Shown here: in pieces, positions 56,084 to 64,000 of the stretch | Numbering within the stretch: position 1 is the stretch's first letter | Layout: every line of letters begins with the position of its first letter | NCBI GenBank assembly: GCA_002293725.1 | Contig: DBDU01000026.1 | Span: 6,313-70,312 of the forward strand | Length of the DNA stretch: 64,000 nucleotides | Direction of reading: 5' to 3' | Source of the DNA: Patescibacteria group bacterium UBA924 | Lineage (GTDB): Bacteria > Patescibacteriota > Microgenomatia > UBA1400 > PJMF01 | Made by a program: the position numbers and the translations under genes | Notes under the pieces: model-generated | Told to the model about the DNA's origin: nothing | The model's database searches: none | The model's input: the letters and a program-made list of their open reading frames with translations, nothing else

Positions 56084-59000
56084 ATGGTTGATTCCCTTGC
56101 GCCAGCTGCAGAGCAGTTGAAGAAGTGCGCTGTTCATCACTCCATCTCTCAAAAAGACCTTGAACGACTTTTAGGTGTCATTATTGAGTCGCTTCAAGTT
56201 GGAGAGAGTGTTCGCGATCCAGAGACTCAACTTCCGGCTATCTATCCCGAGTGGTTAGACATCGAGTATGTTCGTGAACACTCACCCAACAACACAACTC
56301 CAGCTGGTTTTTACGTTAACCCCCGCTTGCAAAGGCGCAACGAAGAGACACCTGCTAATATTTTGGCGCTGAAAGATGTTTGTGACATTTTCAAAAGCAT
56401 CGCTGGTTTGGGAGAAGATGGTGACAACTTCATTGATGAAAAGATTCGGAGCGGTGAGTATGGTGGCTATGATCTTCTCGATGAAGAACAAGCTAACCTG
56501 ATCAACCGCATTAAAAATGATTACAATGGCGAACTACTCCCTCCGGACCTGAACTACCTTCGTGGTGACTCCCGTGTCTTACTATCTATCATCGCCACGC
56601 TCCATGCTGGATCGGCAGCAGAAGGTGAAGAAGTTGAAACGGTACTAACCCTTCCTGACGAGTTCAAAGCATTACTAGAGGGTGACCTTAACTTAGGCGT
56701 TTCTTGGGAGTGGGTAAAACCGCTCATTGAAGACGTTCTCCCCACGAAGCTCAATGCGCCTACAGTAGTTTTCCGTTACAACGATCAGAAACGTGCTGTC
56801 GCTGTCACCGAAATTCGTTTTTTCCTTAATAATTGGTTGCGAAAGTTCTACGAGGAGTACCAGCAACGGTTCCGTGAAGTTGGATTAGAGCTTCCTGAAA
56901 CAAAGCTGTTCGATGCAACGAACAAACTCGTTGCTTACTTTGACCTTCCTTATTGGGTTGAGCTGGATCAAGACATTATCACCTTTATCTCTAAAGAGCT
57001 CTCCCCACTGATTGAGCAGTATCTGAAACGTGGTCAGCCCACAGGGGTAGGCCTTGGATACCAAAAAGAAAATACCGAAGACGAAGAGAAAAAAGAGAAA
57101 CTTACTGAGAACATCAAGAATGTTGAAGAAGCTGACGATCTGCTTGAGCGTTTCTCACAAGCGGGAAAGTCTTACTCCCAAGAATCTGAACGTTTAACTA
57201 CCATTCTGTTACCTCAGTTGTTTAACATGCATGGCATCAGCCGTGATCTCACACAGCTGGGCCAGATTGATGATAACAGTCTCTTCCTGGTGGAGCGAGA
57301 GTTTAGACAAGAACTAGAAAACGTTCTACGTACTCTGACACCACAAGAGTTTGCGCTTCTTTCTGAACGTGGTGGTTCTCTGGAATTTCGTTTAATCGTT
57401 CTCAGAAAGTTGTATGGCAAGCTTTCTACAAACCCTCGTTTTATTGCTTCAATTCAAGAGTTCAAAGAAAACTATGTTTCTTACTTAGAAGAACGGGCTG
57501 CTGATGGTGACCAGGCCGCCCAACGAGAACTCAACAAACTAGAGCGTCAAATCAATCTTCCAGATCAGCGGTTTGATGAGGAGCTCGCTAAGAGCGAAAA
57601 AGTTCCGCCAGAAGAATGGACAAAGGAATTGAGTAAAGGTGGAAAAGGTGTTGGTGAAGTAACACTCCAAGAGTTTGCAGACCTTCACAAGATTTCCCAA
57701 GAGGATTTTCGTTTCCTCGCAACAAGACTTGTTGGAAATGATATCGACTTCCCAACACTCCTACGAAACTTAGACGTCATCATCGCTGAGCGGTGGTCGC
57801 CAGAGCAAATTCGTGGACTTGATCCCGGTGGTTCTACAGCTATCTTTGGTCTCGTTCTTCCAGATTATCTCACTCAAGATGGTCACCGTTTCCAACTCTT
57901 CCTCAACTTGTGTGCAGAGTACCTTTATGCCCGTCGCCAACATCTTGCTGACCACTATCAGCTGGATGCAATTAGTCGCCAGACTGGGAGCGGGTCAACA
58001 GACCTTGCCAGCCTCCAAGCCGCTCAAGAAATGGCTGAGCGGTACAAAGAGTATGGTGGTGGTGAAGCTCTGGTGGTCGGACGCGCCAGTGATAGTAAGC
58101 GTGTAGAAGAGTATCAACACGGAAACAAATTTGGCGTGGGAATTTCCGGAGTTCACAGTGAAACCAAAGAGCAACGAAAAGGACAGTTAGAAACTCATAA
58201 AAATACTACTCGTGCGCGTTTCCACGAGATGAGCATTGATGACAAACGGAAACAGCTTCAAAGTTTAGGTCTTTTAACTCCAGATAATGAACAGTTCATT
58301 GGCGATGACGAGCTGCGAATGGCTCAGCTTTTAGATACTGGACTTAATGAAGACTATGACGACGGTGTTCGTGGCTTGGATGACTTTTCGTACTACGAAG
58401 ACCAAGATAACGGATACGTCCAAGAGCAGCTTGGAACTGGACAACGAAGTATCCCTCAACGCTATGGAAGACCGGGTGGTCGCTCTCTGCTAAAAGGGGC
58501 TCTTAACTTAAAAAATCGATTCCAGAAAGCACAAAAAAGAATCAAGCAAGCCAAGAAGATTGCCAAAGCAGCCAAAAAACTGGCTGACAAAGGTTTAGAG
58601 AAAGTTGAAGCTGCTGCTGCATCGGTGGTGATGGGTCCGTTAGCACAGAATAAAACGCTTCGTCGTGGCATTCTTGGAGTATTAACAGCCCTCGTTCTTG
58701 ATACTCTAAACATGATCCAACAAGGCTTCTTTGCCAAAGTTGGAGCTTTTTTGGGTGGAGCTTTAGGTGGAATTGCTGGTGGAGCAGCCGGTGGTGTTTT
58801 TGTTATTCCTGGCGCAATTGTGGGCACCTTTGGTGGCGCTCGACTAGGTCATGGAATTGATCAGTGGTTTGCCAATACTTTTGGTGGTGCCCCCGAGGTT
58901 CGAGTCTCAAGCCCCGGTTTGAGCTTACCACTAGCTAAACAATCAGCCGATACTTTAACTGGTAGCGCCAAAGTTAGTGGCGGCGAGTTTGCCAAGACAA

Positions 59001-60151
59001 GTACTAATGCTTGGCCTGCAATCGCAACATCTGGTGGCTTCATGGCCACGGTAGGACTAGCTGGCGCAGTTATTACGGCTTCCATTCAACCCCCACCACT
59101 CGGAACTATTGGCGCTAGTGGACTGGAGTCTGAGTATGTGATCGTCGAAAAGGTCATTACTGACCCGGCTAACTTTACAGGAGATGTTGTTCCCTCATCT
59201 ATTACCTACACCATTAGTGTTGAAACAAAAGGTAACTACCAAATTGAGATCGTCAACTTCCAGGATCAAATTCAGTTAACCCCAAATACTGAGGTGCGTG
59301 GCTCAGAAGCACCCCCGGCGGCCCTTTCCTGTCCTGATTTTACATTTGCCAACCTTGCCACTCGGGTGATTGGTCCTAATGACGGAAAAGTTCAGATCGG
59401 AACGTGTACTATCACCCTTGATCAGAGTTACCACGATACTGGGATCTTTAATAAGTTCACCATGCAGTTTAAGGTTTCAGAAAATGGCCAAGCTGTCACC
59501 AACTCTAGCCCTGATTTCAACTGTGGTGAAACGAGCGATACTTTCTGTGCAATTTCTGGTGTTCAAGCCTGTCTAGGAGACTGTCCACTTCAACAAGAGG
59601 GCTGTTGGCCAACATCGGGAAGGTTAACTCAAGGTCCTGGAGGTGAGGGTTCTCATAGAAACACTGCTGCTATTGATATTGGTGCGAGGCTTGGTACGAA
59701 TGTCTATGCCACATTTGACGGCACTGCCTATGCCTTTGACACTTACGCCGCAGAGCCATCTAACCAAGGTTTGATTGATCGCACAGGAAAGAGTGGTGTC
59801 TACTCCAAGTCTTATGGAAAGCATGTTGTTCTCATTACCAATCAAGGCTTTGCACTTCTTTTTGCTCACTTAAATAGTCACTCTTCTACCCTGCGCTTAG
59901 GTACTCCAGTTCCAGTTACAGCAGGTACTATTCTTGGATATGTGGGAAATAGCGGAAGTACCACTGGCTTACAAATGGGAATGCACCTTCACTACGAGTA
60001 TCGCGTTCCAACGGGTAATAGTTGGCAAACGATACGATCTACCAATGGTGCTCAAATTATTGGGGTTCTTCCTAATGAAACCGGAGAAGCGTTTGTCTTT
60101 AATGGCACACGACAAGTTACAAGTTGTTATGATGCAAGTACTCCACAATAA
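56084..60151 (+). CDS. Giant (1355 aa) protein with a ~900-aa N-terminal soluble region, a glycine-zipper membrane segment and a C-terminal M23 (LytM-type) metallopeptidase domain
   Basis: The glycine-zipper segment reads FAKVGAFLGGALGGIAGGAAGGVFVIPGAIVGTFGGARLG. The M23 blocks are HRNTAAIDIGARLGTNVYATFDGTAYAF and GYVGNSGSTTGLQMGMHLHYEY. Confidence 0.7.
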   Translation: MVDSLAPAAEQLKKCAVHHSISQKDLERLLGVIIESLQVGESVRDPETQLPAIYPEWLDIEYVREHSPNNTTPAGFYVNPRLQRRNEETPANILALKDVCDIFKSIAGLGEDGDNFIDEKIRSGEYGGYDLLDEEQANLINRIKNDYNGELLPPDLNYLRGDSRVLLSIIATLHAGSAAEGEEVETVLTLPDEFKALLEGDLNLGVSWEWVKPLIEDVLPTKLNAPTVVFRYNDQKRAVAVTEIRFFLNNWLRKFYEEYQQRFREVGLELPETKLFDATNKLVAYFDLPYWVELDQDIITFISKELSPLIEQYLKRGQPTGVGLGYQKENTEDEEKKEKLTENIKNVEEADDLLERFSQAGKSYSQESERLTTILLPQLFNMHGISRDLTQLGQIDDNSLFLVEREFRQELENVLRTLTPQEFALLSERGGSLEFRLIVLRKLYGKLSTNPRFIASIQEFKENYVSYLEERAADGDQAAQRELNKLERQINLPDQRFDEELAKSEKVPPEEWTKELSKGGKGVGEVTLQEFADLHKISQEDFRFLATRLVGNDIDFPTLLRNLDVIIAERWSPEQIRGLDPGGSTAIFGLVLPDYLTQDGHRFQLFLNLCAEYLYARRQHLADHYQLDAISRQTGSGSTDLASLQAAQEMAERYKEYGGGEALVVGRASDSKRVEEYQHGNKFGVGISGVHSETKEQRKGQLETHKNTTRARFHEMSIDDKRKQLQSLGLLTPDNEQFIGDDELRMAQLLDTGLNEDYDDGVRGLDDFSYYEDQDNGYVQEQLGTGQRSIPQRYGRPGGRSLLKGALNLKNRFQKAQKRIKQAKKIAKAAKKLADKGLEKVEAAAASVVMGPLAQNKTLRRGILGVLTALVLDTLNMIQQGFFAKVGAFLGGALGGIAGGAAGGVFVIPGAIVGTFGGARLGHGIDQWFANTFGGAPEVRVSSPGLSLPLAKQSADTLTGSAKVSGGEFAKTSTNAWPAIATSGGFMATVGLAGAVITASIQPPPLGTIGASGLESEYVIVEKVITDPANFTGDVVPSSITYTISVETKGNYQIEIVNFQDQIQLTPNTEVRGSEAPPAALSCPDFTFANLATRVIGPNDGKVQIGTCTITLDQSYHDTGIFNKFTMQFKVSENGQAVTNSSPDFNCGETSDTFCAISGVQACLGDCPLQQEGCWPTSGRLTQGPGGEGSHRNTAAIDIGARLGTNVYATFDGTAYAFDTYAAEPSNQGLIDRTGKSGVYSKSYGKHVVLITNQGFALLFAHLNSHSSTLRLGTPVPVTAGTILGYVGNSGSTTGLQMGMHLHYEYRVPTGNSWQTIRSTNGAQIIGVLPNETGEAFVFNGTRQVTSCYDASTPQ

Positions 60152-60174
60152 AGTGTCAGGAGAGTAACTAAAAA

Positions 60175-61227
60175 ATGACAGAGCTGCCCTCAAATCAACC
60201 TCAGTATGAAGAGCTTCAAGATATTCGCTCTTCACTTGAACAACCAAGAAAGAAACCGTCTCGGTTGTGGATCGGACTTGGAATAGTTGCTGTAGTTTTA
60301 TTAGTTGTCGCTGCTATCATCCAAACCTTCACTCCACGAACTGTTCGTATTCCCGAAACTCCTTTTGTCGTTACAAACTCGAATAACACACTTCCAAACC
60401 TAACAGAGGTTTCTTACTCCGGACCAACGCCAGACTTCCCCACTCAGTTTTCTGTATACGCCGTCACTCAGACACTCCCCGAACAAGTTGTTGTCGGTGA
60501 CATGCTAGCGAAGTACGGACTAATGAAACCCAGAAACGATGCCAACTACTGGATCAATGGTCCAATTTCATTAATCCAAGACACCTCTCCGCCAATGTAC
60601 ACACTAGTGCTCAAGGATCCTGAGAATGAAGCACTTCCTATTATTAACATCGAACAAGCTCGCTTAGTTGCCTCTCGTTTCATGCAAGATACTTTCCCTG
60701 AGTTTCAGTTTAGTTTCATCCCAGGATCTGAAGGTTACTTTATTCTCAGCACAGAGCCAGGTGGGCCCGTTCCCCCTGAACAAGCTACTGGCGTAACTCT
60801 TTCTTTCACTCCTACATTAGAAACTGAGAACTTGCCAATCTTTTATGACAAATCCTTTGAACCACCATTTATCGTTACGGTAGATGGAAACAACACTATT
60901 CGGACACTTCGTTTCTCACCCCTTTTTAAACAATATACTAAAGTTGATACCCAAAACGTCCTTTCACTCGATGAATCATTAACCCAAATAGAGAGCGGCG
61001 TGGCTTCAATTATTAGTGCCACTATTGAAGACATGAATAGAGTTTCGATGTCCGAGCTCACTGCTGCTAACTTTAGCTCTGTGGGGTTAGAGTATCGCCA
61101 AGATCCCAACTTTGACGTGCTCTATCCTTTCTTCCACTTCTATGGAACAGGAACCAGTAGTAATGGGGTGACTGCCGAAATTGAAGTGATCACTCCAGCA
61201 GTAAAGTTAACTGGCTTTCAACGATAG
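60175..61227 (+). CDS. Bitopic membrane protein (350 aa); VirB8/TcpC-like by topology and position only
   Basis: A short cytoplasmic N-terminus is followed by one TM (LWIGLGIVAVVLLVVAAIIQTF) and a ~290-aa extracytoplasmic region. Confidence 0.45.
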   Translation: MTELPSNQPQYEELQDIRSSLEQPRKKPSRLWIGLGIVAVVLLVVAAIIQTFTPRTVRIPETPFVVTNSNNTLPNLTEVSYSGPTPDFPTQFSVYAVTQTLPEQVVVGDMLAKYGLMKPRNDANYWINGPISLIQDTSPPMYTLVLKDPENEALPIINIEQARLVASRFMQDTFPEFQFSFIPGSEGYFILSTEPGGPVPPEQATGVTLSFTPTLETENLPIFYDKSFEPPFIVTVDGNNTIRTLRFSPLFKQYTKVDTQNVLSLDESLTQIESGVASIISATIEDMNRVSMSELTAANFSSVGLEYRQDPNFDVLYPFFHFYGTGTSSNGVTAEIEVITPAVKLTGFQR

Positions 61228-61305
61228 CTATTTAGTAGTCAAAAAAATCCGATCTCAATCTAAAAAACAGAGTCGAAAACTGGTATAGTTCAGAACTACC
61301 TGTCT

Positions 61306-63276
61306 ATGAGAGAACACGCCTTACCGCAGGACGTTACTGGCTATAAATTCCACATCATCGGCAACATGACGCTAAAGCAATTTGGCGAGGTGGCAGCCGG
61401 TTGTATTGTGGGTTTTTTGTTATACCAAACCAACCTCTACCCGATGATCAAGATTCCCTTGATTATCTTAGCGGCTGGTTCAGGGGCACTTATTGCCTTT
61501 GTCCCAATTGAAGAGCGACCACTTGACCAATGGATCACTGCTTTTTTCCGCGCTTTGTATAGACCAACTCAGTACTACTGGAAAAGAATGGTTAAAATTC
61601 CTGAGCCCTTCTTATATGAACCTCGGGTTGAACTCAAAACAGTAGTTGCTGATGTTGACCTTACCCCAGCCCGTCGACAGCGAGTAAAGGACTACCTTCG
61701 TTCTATTGACGAGAAACAAGCACCCCTCGATCAACTTGAAACATATACTGAGCAGCGTCTTAATGAGGTCATGGGTGTCTTTGGTCAACCGCTTCAAACT
61801 CCCCAACTTGAGACAACCACCACACCAGAGCAAACAGAGAGTCCTGACACCACGGACATCTTGAATGCCAGTCCAGAAAACGTAAGCGATACCGTTGATA
61901 GTCTTTCCTTTACCGGTCGTGCAATGACAGAGGAACCCGTCATTGAACAAGGTCCCTCAGCTGAAGAAGTAGAAATGAGCAACAACGTCTTACGTTTATT
62001 CGATACTAACGAAACGGTTGCCCCAGAGCCAGAAGTTATCCCTCCCCCCCCTCAATTTGAACCACCAGCAGAAGTGCTTCCAGAACCAGCACCGGAAGTT
62101 GAGTTGCCCAAACTTGATAGCATTCCCGATAAGGTTGACGTTTCTATCCCAGAACAAGTTCCTGTTGAAGCTCCTGAGCCTACTCCACCGCTTGAACCAG
62201 TTCCCGAGCCAGAGCCCCCACCAGAACCGTTTCCAGAGCCAAAACCACTTCCGCAGCCTGAACCTGTAACCGAGCTGAAACCACCAAAACCAACCGTCTT
62301 GCCTGAAGTTAGTTTGGAACAAAAACAAGAGAACTCAGTTCAACTTCCTGAAAAAGCAGAAGCTGTTCCTGAAGATTTGACGAGTATTCCTGAAGTGGCT
62401 CTCGAACCAGACGAAACAAATACAGAAGAGCCGGCTCCTGAAACAGAGCTTCCTCAAATTTCTACCGTATTTGACGGTGGAGGTGGCTCAGCCTCTGCAG
62501 AAAGCTTGCCTTCCGTTTCTGTAGATACCTCAACGAAGTACAGCCTTAGCGCCCATGGTTCACCCAATGCAGACAGCAGCGAGGTCGCACAAATTGCCGA
62601 TGTCATTGCCAAAAATGCTGGAAACCCTGTCGGGACAGCGGGAAAGTTCCGTTCTCGTGGCAAGAACAGCGTTCAGTTTAAAACACGCCGCAACGACCCA
62701 TCATCAGAAGCAGTTCTGCCTCACATCTTAGATATGACTGGCTCTTCAGATTCAGTCATTATGAAGCCTAAAGAAACACCGCCGCCGCCAAAAGAAACTC
62801 CTCAATCAAAAGAAGTTCTTGTTCCTGAGCTCGAAGAAATTCGGGTTGAACGCACTGTGGAAGCTGCTGAGAATACCCAGGATAAATCCGATGACAAAAA
62901 AGAAATGTCGACCGCTGTTGACCCATCTCTCCTACAGATGCCTGAAAAGGAAAGTCCTGTGCAAGGCTCAGTAGCTGTCACCTTTAATGCAAACTTGCCA
63001 TTTCCAGAGAAACCTACCGTTGCTAACAAAGTGGTGGGCATGGTCATTGATCAAGCTGGAAACTCGCTCCCCAACACCATTGTGGAGATTCTCACACCTC
63101 AAGGGGTTCCGGCTCGCGCCGTCAAAACAAACCCACTCGGTCAGTTCTTCATCGCTACTCCGCTTAATCCCGGCGATTATCTGATCACCGCCGAAAAAGA
63201 AGGTCTTACCTTTGACACACATCAGTTGTCTGTCACAAATAAAATTATCGATCCTATTGAAATAAGAGCCAATTAG
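61306..63276 (+). CDS. PrgI/VirB3-like N-terminal membrane domain fused to a long Pro/Glu-rich linker and a C-terminal carboxypeptidase-regulatory-like (transthyretin-fold) domain
   Basis: The N-terminus (LPQDVTGYKFHIIGNMTLKQFGEVAAGCIVGFLLY...PLIILAAGSGALIAFVPIEERPLDQWITAFFRALYRPTQYYW) fits the PrgI-family pattern (v..dl..yk.k..g.lTlrQ...two TM...rPld.w...f). The C-terminus (VVGMVIDQAGNSLPNTIVEIL...GQFFIATPLNPGDYLITAEKEGLTF) resembles a CarbopepD_reg-like domain. Confidence 0.5.
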   Translation: MREHALPQDVTGYKFHIIGNMTLKQFGEVAAGCIVGFLLYQTNLYPMIKIPLIILAAGSGALIAFVPIEERPLDQWITAFFRALYRPTQYYWKRMVKIPEPFLYEPRVELKTVVADVDLTPARRQRVKDYLRSIDEKQAPLDQLETYTEQRLNEVMGVFGQPLQTPQLETTTTPEQTESPDTTDILNASPENVSDTVDSLSFTGRAMTEEPVIEQGPSAEEVEMSNNVLRLFDTNETVAPEPEVIPPPPQFEPPAEVLPEPAPEVELPKLDSIPDKVDVSIPEQVPVEAPEPTPPLEPVPEPEPPPEPFPEPKPLPQPEPVTELKPPKPTVLPEVSLEQKQENSVQLPEKAEAVPEDLTSIPEVALEPDETNTEEPAPETELPQISTVFDGGGGSASAESLPSVSVDTSTKYSLSAHGSPNADSSEVAQIADVIAKNAGNPVGTAGKFRSRGKNSVQFKTRRNDPSSEAVLPHILDMTGSSDSVIMKPKETPPPPKETPQSKEVLVPELEEIRVERTVEAAENTQDKSDDKKEMSTAVDPSLLQMPEKESPVQGSVAVTFNANLPFPEKPTVANKVVGMVIDQAGNSLPNTIVEILTPQGVPARAVKTNPLGQFFIATPLNPGDYLITAEKEGLTFDTHQLSVTNKIIDPIEIRAN

Positions 63277-63303
63277 TCTGGATGTTTGTTATACTTACTT
63301 CGC

Positions 63304-64000
63304 ATGCCCTCTTCACAAGCAATTACTTCTACTACCCAAGAGTTTCTCGATATCCACGACATCACGGATAATTTATTGCTGCTCAAAAGTGGTGGGGCAG
63401 CTCTAATCGTCCAAGTTACGGCGATGAACTTCGGCTTATTGGCCGAAGAAGAGCAAGATGCCATCATTTATGGTTACGCTGGCTTGCTCAACTCACTCAA
63501 CTACTCTATTCAAATTGTAATTCGCTCCCAAACAAAAGACGTTACCAGCTATCTCAACTTGTTGCGCCAAAAGGAAGAAGAAGCACTCAGCTCTGCCCGC
63601 AAAGAACAAATCCGACAGTATCGTGAGTTTGTTGCTGATCTTGTTCAAGAACGGAATGTCTTGGATAAAAAGTTTTACGTAGTTATTCCAGCTAGTGGCA
63701 TTGAACTCGGCATTGTTCAAGCTCAAAGTATTTTGCCTGGTGTTAAGAACCCTGATATTTCGAGTTTTGATCGCAGCATTATTATCGAGCGCGCCAACAA
63801 CCTGCTTGAGCCCAAGCGGGATCACATCATGGCCCAGTTTGCTCGAATTGGTATGTTTTCTCGACAACTTATGACTCAGGAAATTATTCAGCTTTTCTAT
63901 ACTGCGTACAATCCAGAAGCTTCTGATGGTCAAAAAATGACCGATAGTCGTCAGTACACGTCCACTGCTGTAGAAGGCAACCTGGAAGAAAAGATCTTTG
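63304..64000 (+). CDS. VirB4/TrbE/PrgJ-like conjugal-transfer ATPase, N-terminal part; 3' end lies outside the window
   Basis: The frame is open to the window end. The N-terminal pattern (LLLLKSGGAALIVQVTAMNFGLLAEEEQDAIIYGYAGLLNSL...IQIVIRSQTKDVTSYLN...KKFYVVIPAS) resembles the VirB4 N-domain (kDGS...f.v.g.d....e.e.........ln.l...i..h.v.r......yl....). The gene follows a VirB3-like gene. Confidence 0.45.
   Translation, partial: MPSSQAITSTTQEFLDIHDITDNLLLLKSGGAALIVQVTAMNFGLLAEEEQDAIIYGYAGLLNSLNYSIQIVIRSQTKDVTSYLNLLRQKEEEALSSARKEQIRQYREFVADLVQERNVLDKKFYVVIPASGIELGIVQAQSILPGVKNPDISSFDRSIIIERANNLLEPKRDHIMAQFARIGMFSRQLMTQEIIQLFYTAYNPEASDGQKMTDSRQYTSTAVEGNLEEKIF

Noticed and set aside
61612-62328. 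Minus-strand ORFs (61612..61950, 61794..61985, 61996..62328)
   Set aside because: They are antisense to the PrgI-like fusion gene and its PEP-repeat linker. They are Trp/Phe/Arg-rich nonsense translations.
63493-63933. 146-aa minus-strand ORF at the window end
   Set aside because: It is antisense to the open plus-strand frame that encodes the VirB4-like N-terminus. The plus-strand reading has conserved-family character and operon context.
1-64000. CRISPR arrays, IS elements, integrases or prophage structural genes
   Set aside because: No regularly spaced direct repeats, inverted-repeat-bounded transposase ORFs, tyrosine or serine recombinase motifs or capsid/terminase-like ORFs were seen on either strand.

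Overview
This 64 kb window looks like it comes from a small-genome monoderm bacterium, possibly Candidate Phyla Radiation/Patescibacteria-like; that placement is an inference from gene content. It uses the standard genetic code and is densely coding on both strands.

The first ~36 kb carries housekeeping and envelope genes:
- a DegT-family aminotransferase, a HAD hydrolase, a phosphoribosyltransferase and UDP-galactopyranose mutase;
- two large Cys/Pro-rich surface proteins;
- a tRNA-Ile with a UAU anticodon;
- a HlyD-type adaptor with a MacB-type ABC exporter, and an SGNH hydrolase;
- a VirD4/TraG-like membrane ATPase;
- an Lgt-DUF192 fusion, a GH3 hexosaminidase, peptidyl-tRNA hydrolase, GT2 and GT28 glycosyltransferases, an ATP-dependent DNA ligase, Fic, NAD(P)HX dehydratase, RecF and a SpoIID-domain protein;
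- a mevalonate-pathway operon (idi, mvk, pmk, mvaD, uppS) and an ECF sigma factor.

From about 36.7 kb to the window end there is a large, mostly uncharacterised locus that I interpret as a Gram-positive-style type IV secretion/conjugation-like (T4SS-like) apparatus with an expanded pilin repertoire. Its parts are:
- seven tandem paralogous two-helix VirB2/TrbC-like pilin genes (two more copies sit at 29-31 kb, one of them fused to a 507-aa secreted protein);
- a 1238-aa secreted protein;
- a VirB6/TrbL-like polytopic membrane protein;
- a 1370-aa cytoplasmic protein of unknown function and two acidic coiled-coil proteins;
- a cobalamin-riboswitch-like element;
- a 1355-aa protein ending in an M23 peptidase domain;
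- a bitopic protein that is VirB8/TcpC-like by topology only;
- a PrgI/VirB3-like protein fused to a carboxypeptidase-regulatory-like domain;
- the N-terminus of a VirB4-like ATPase that runs off the window end.

I found no CRISPR arrays, transposases or integrases. All family assignments rest on reading motifs in the translations and are not confirmed by any database search.
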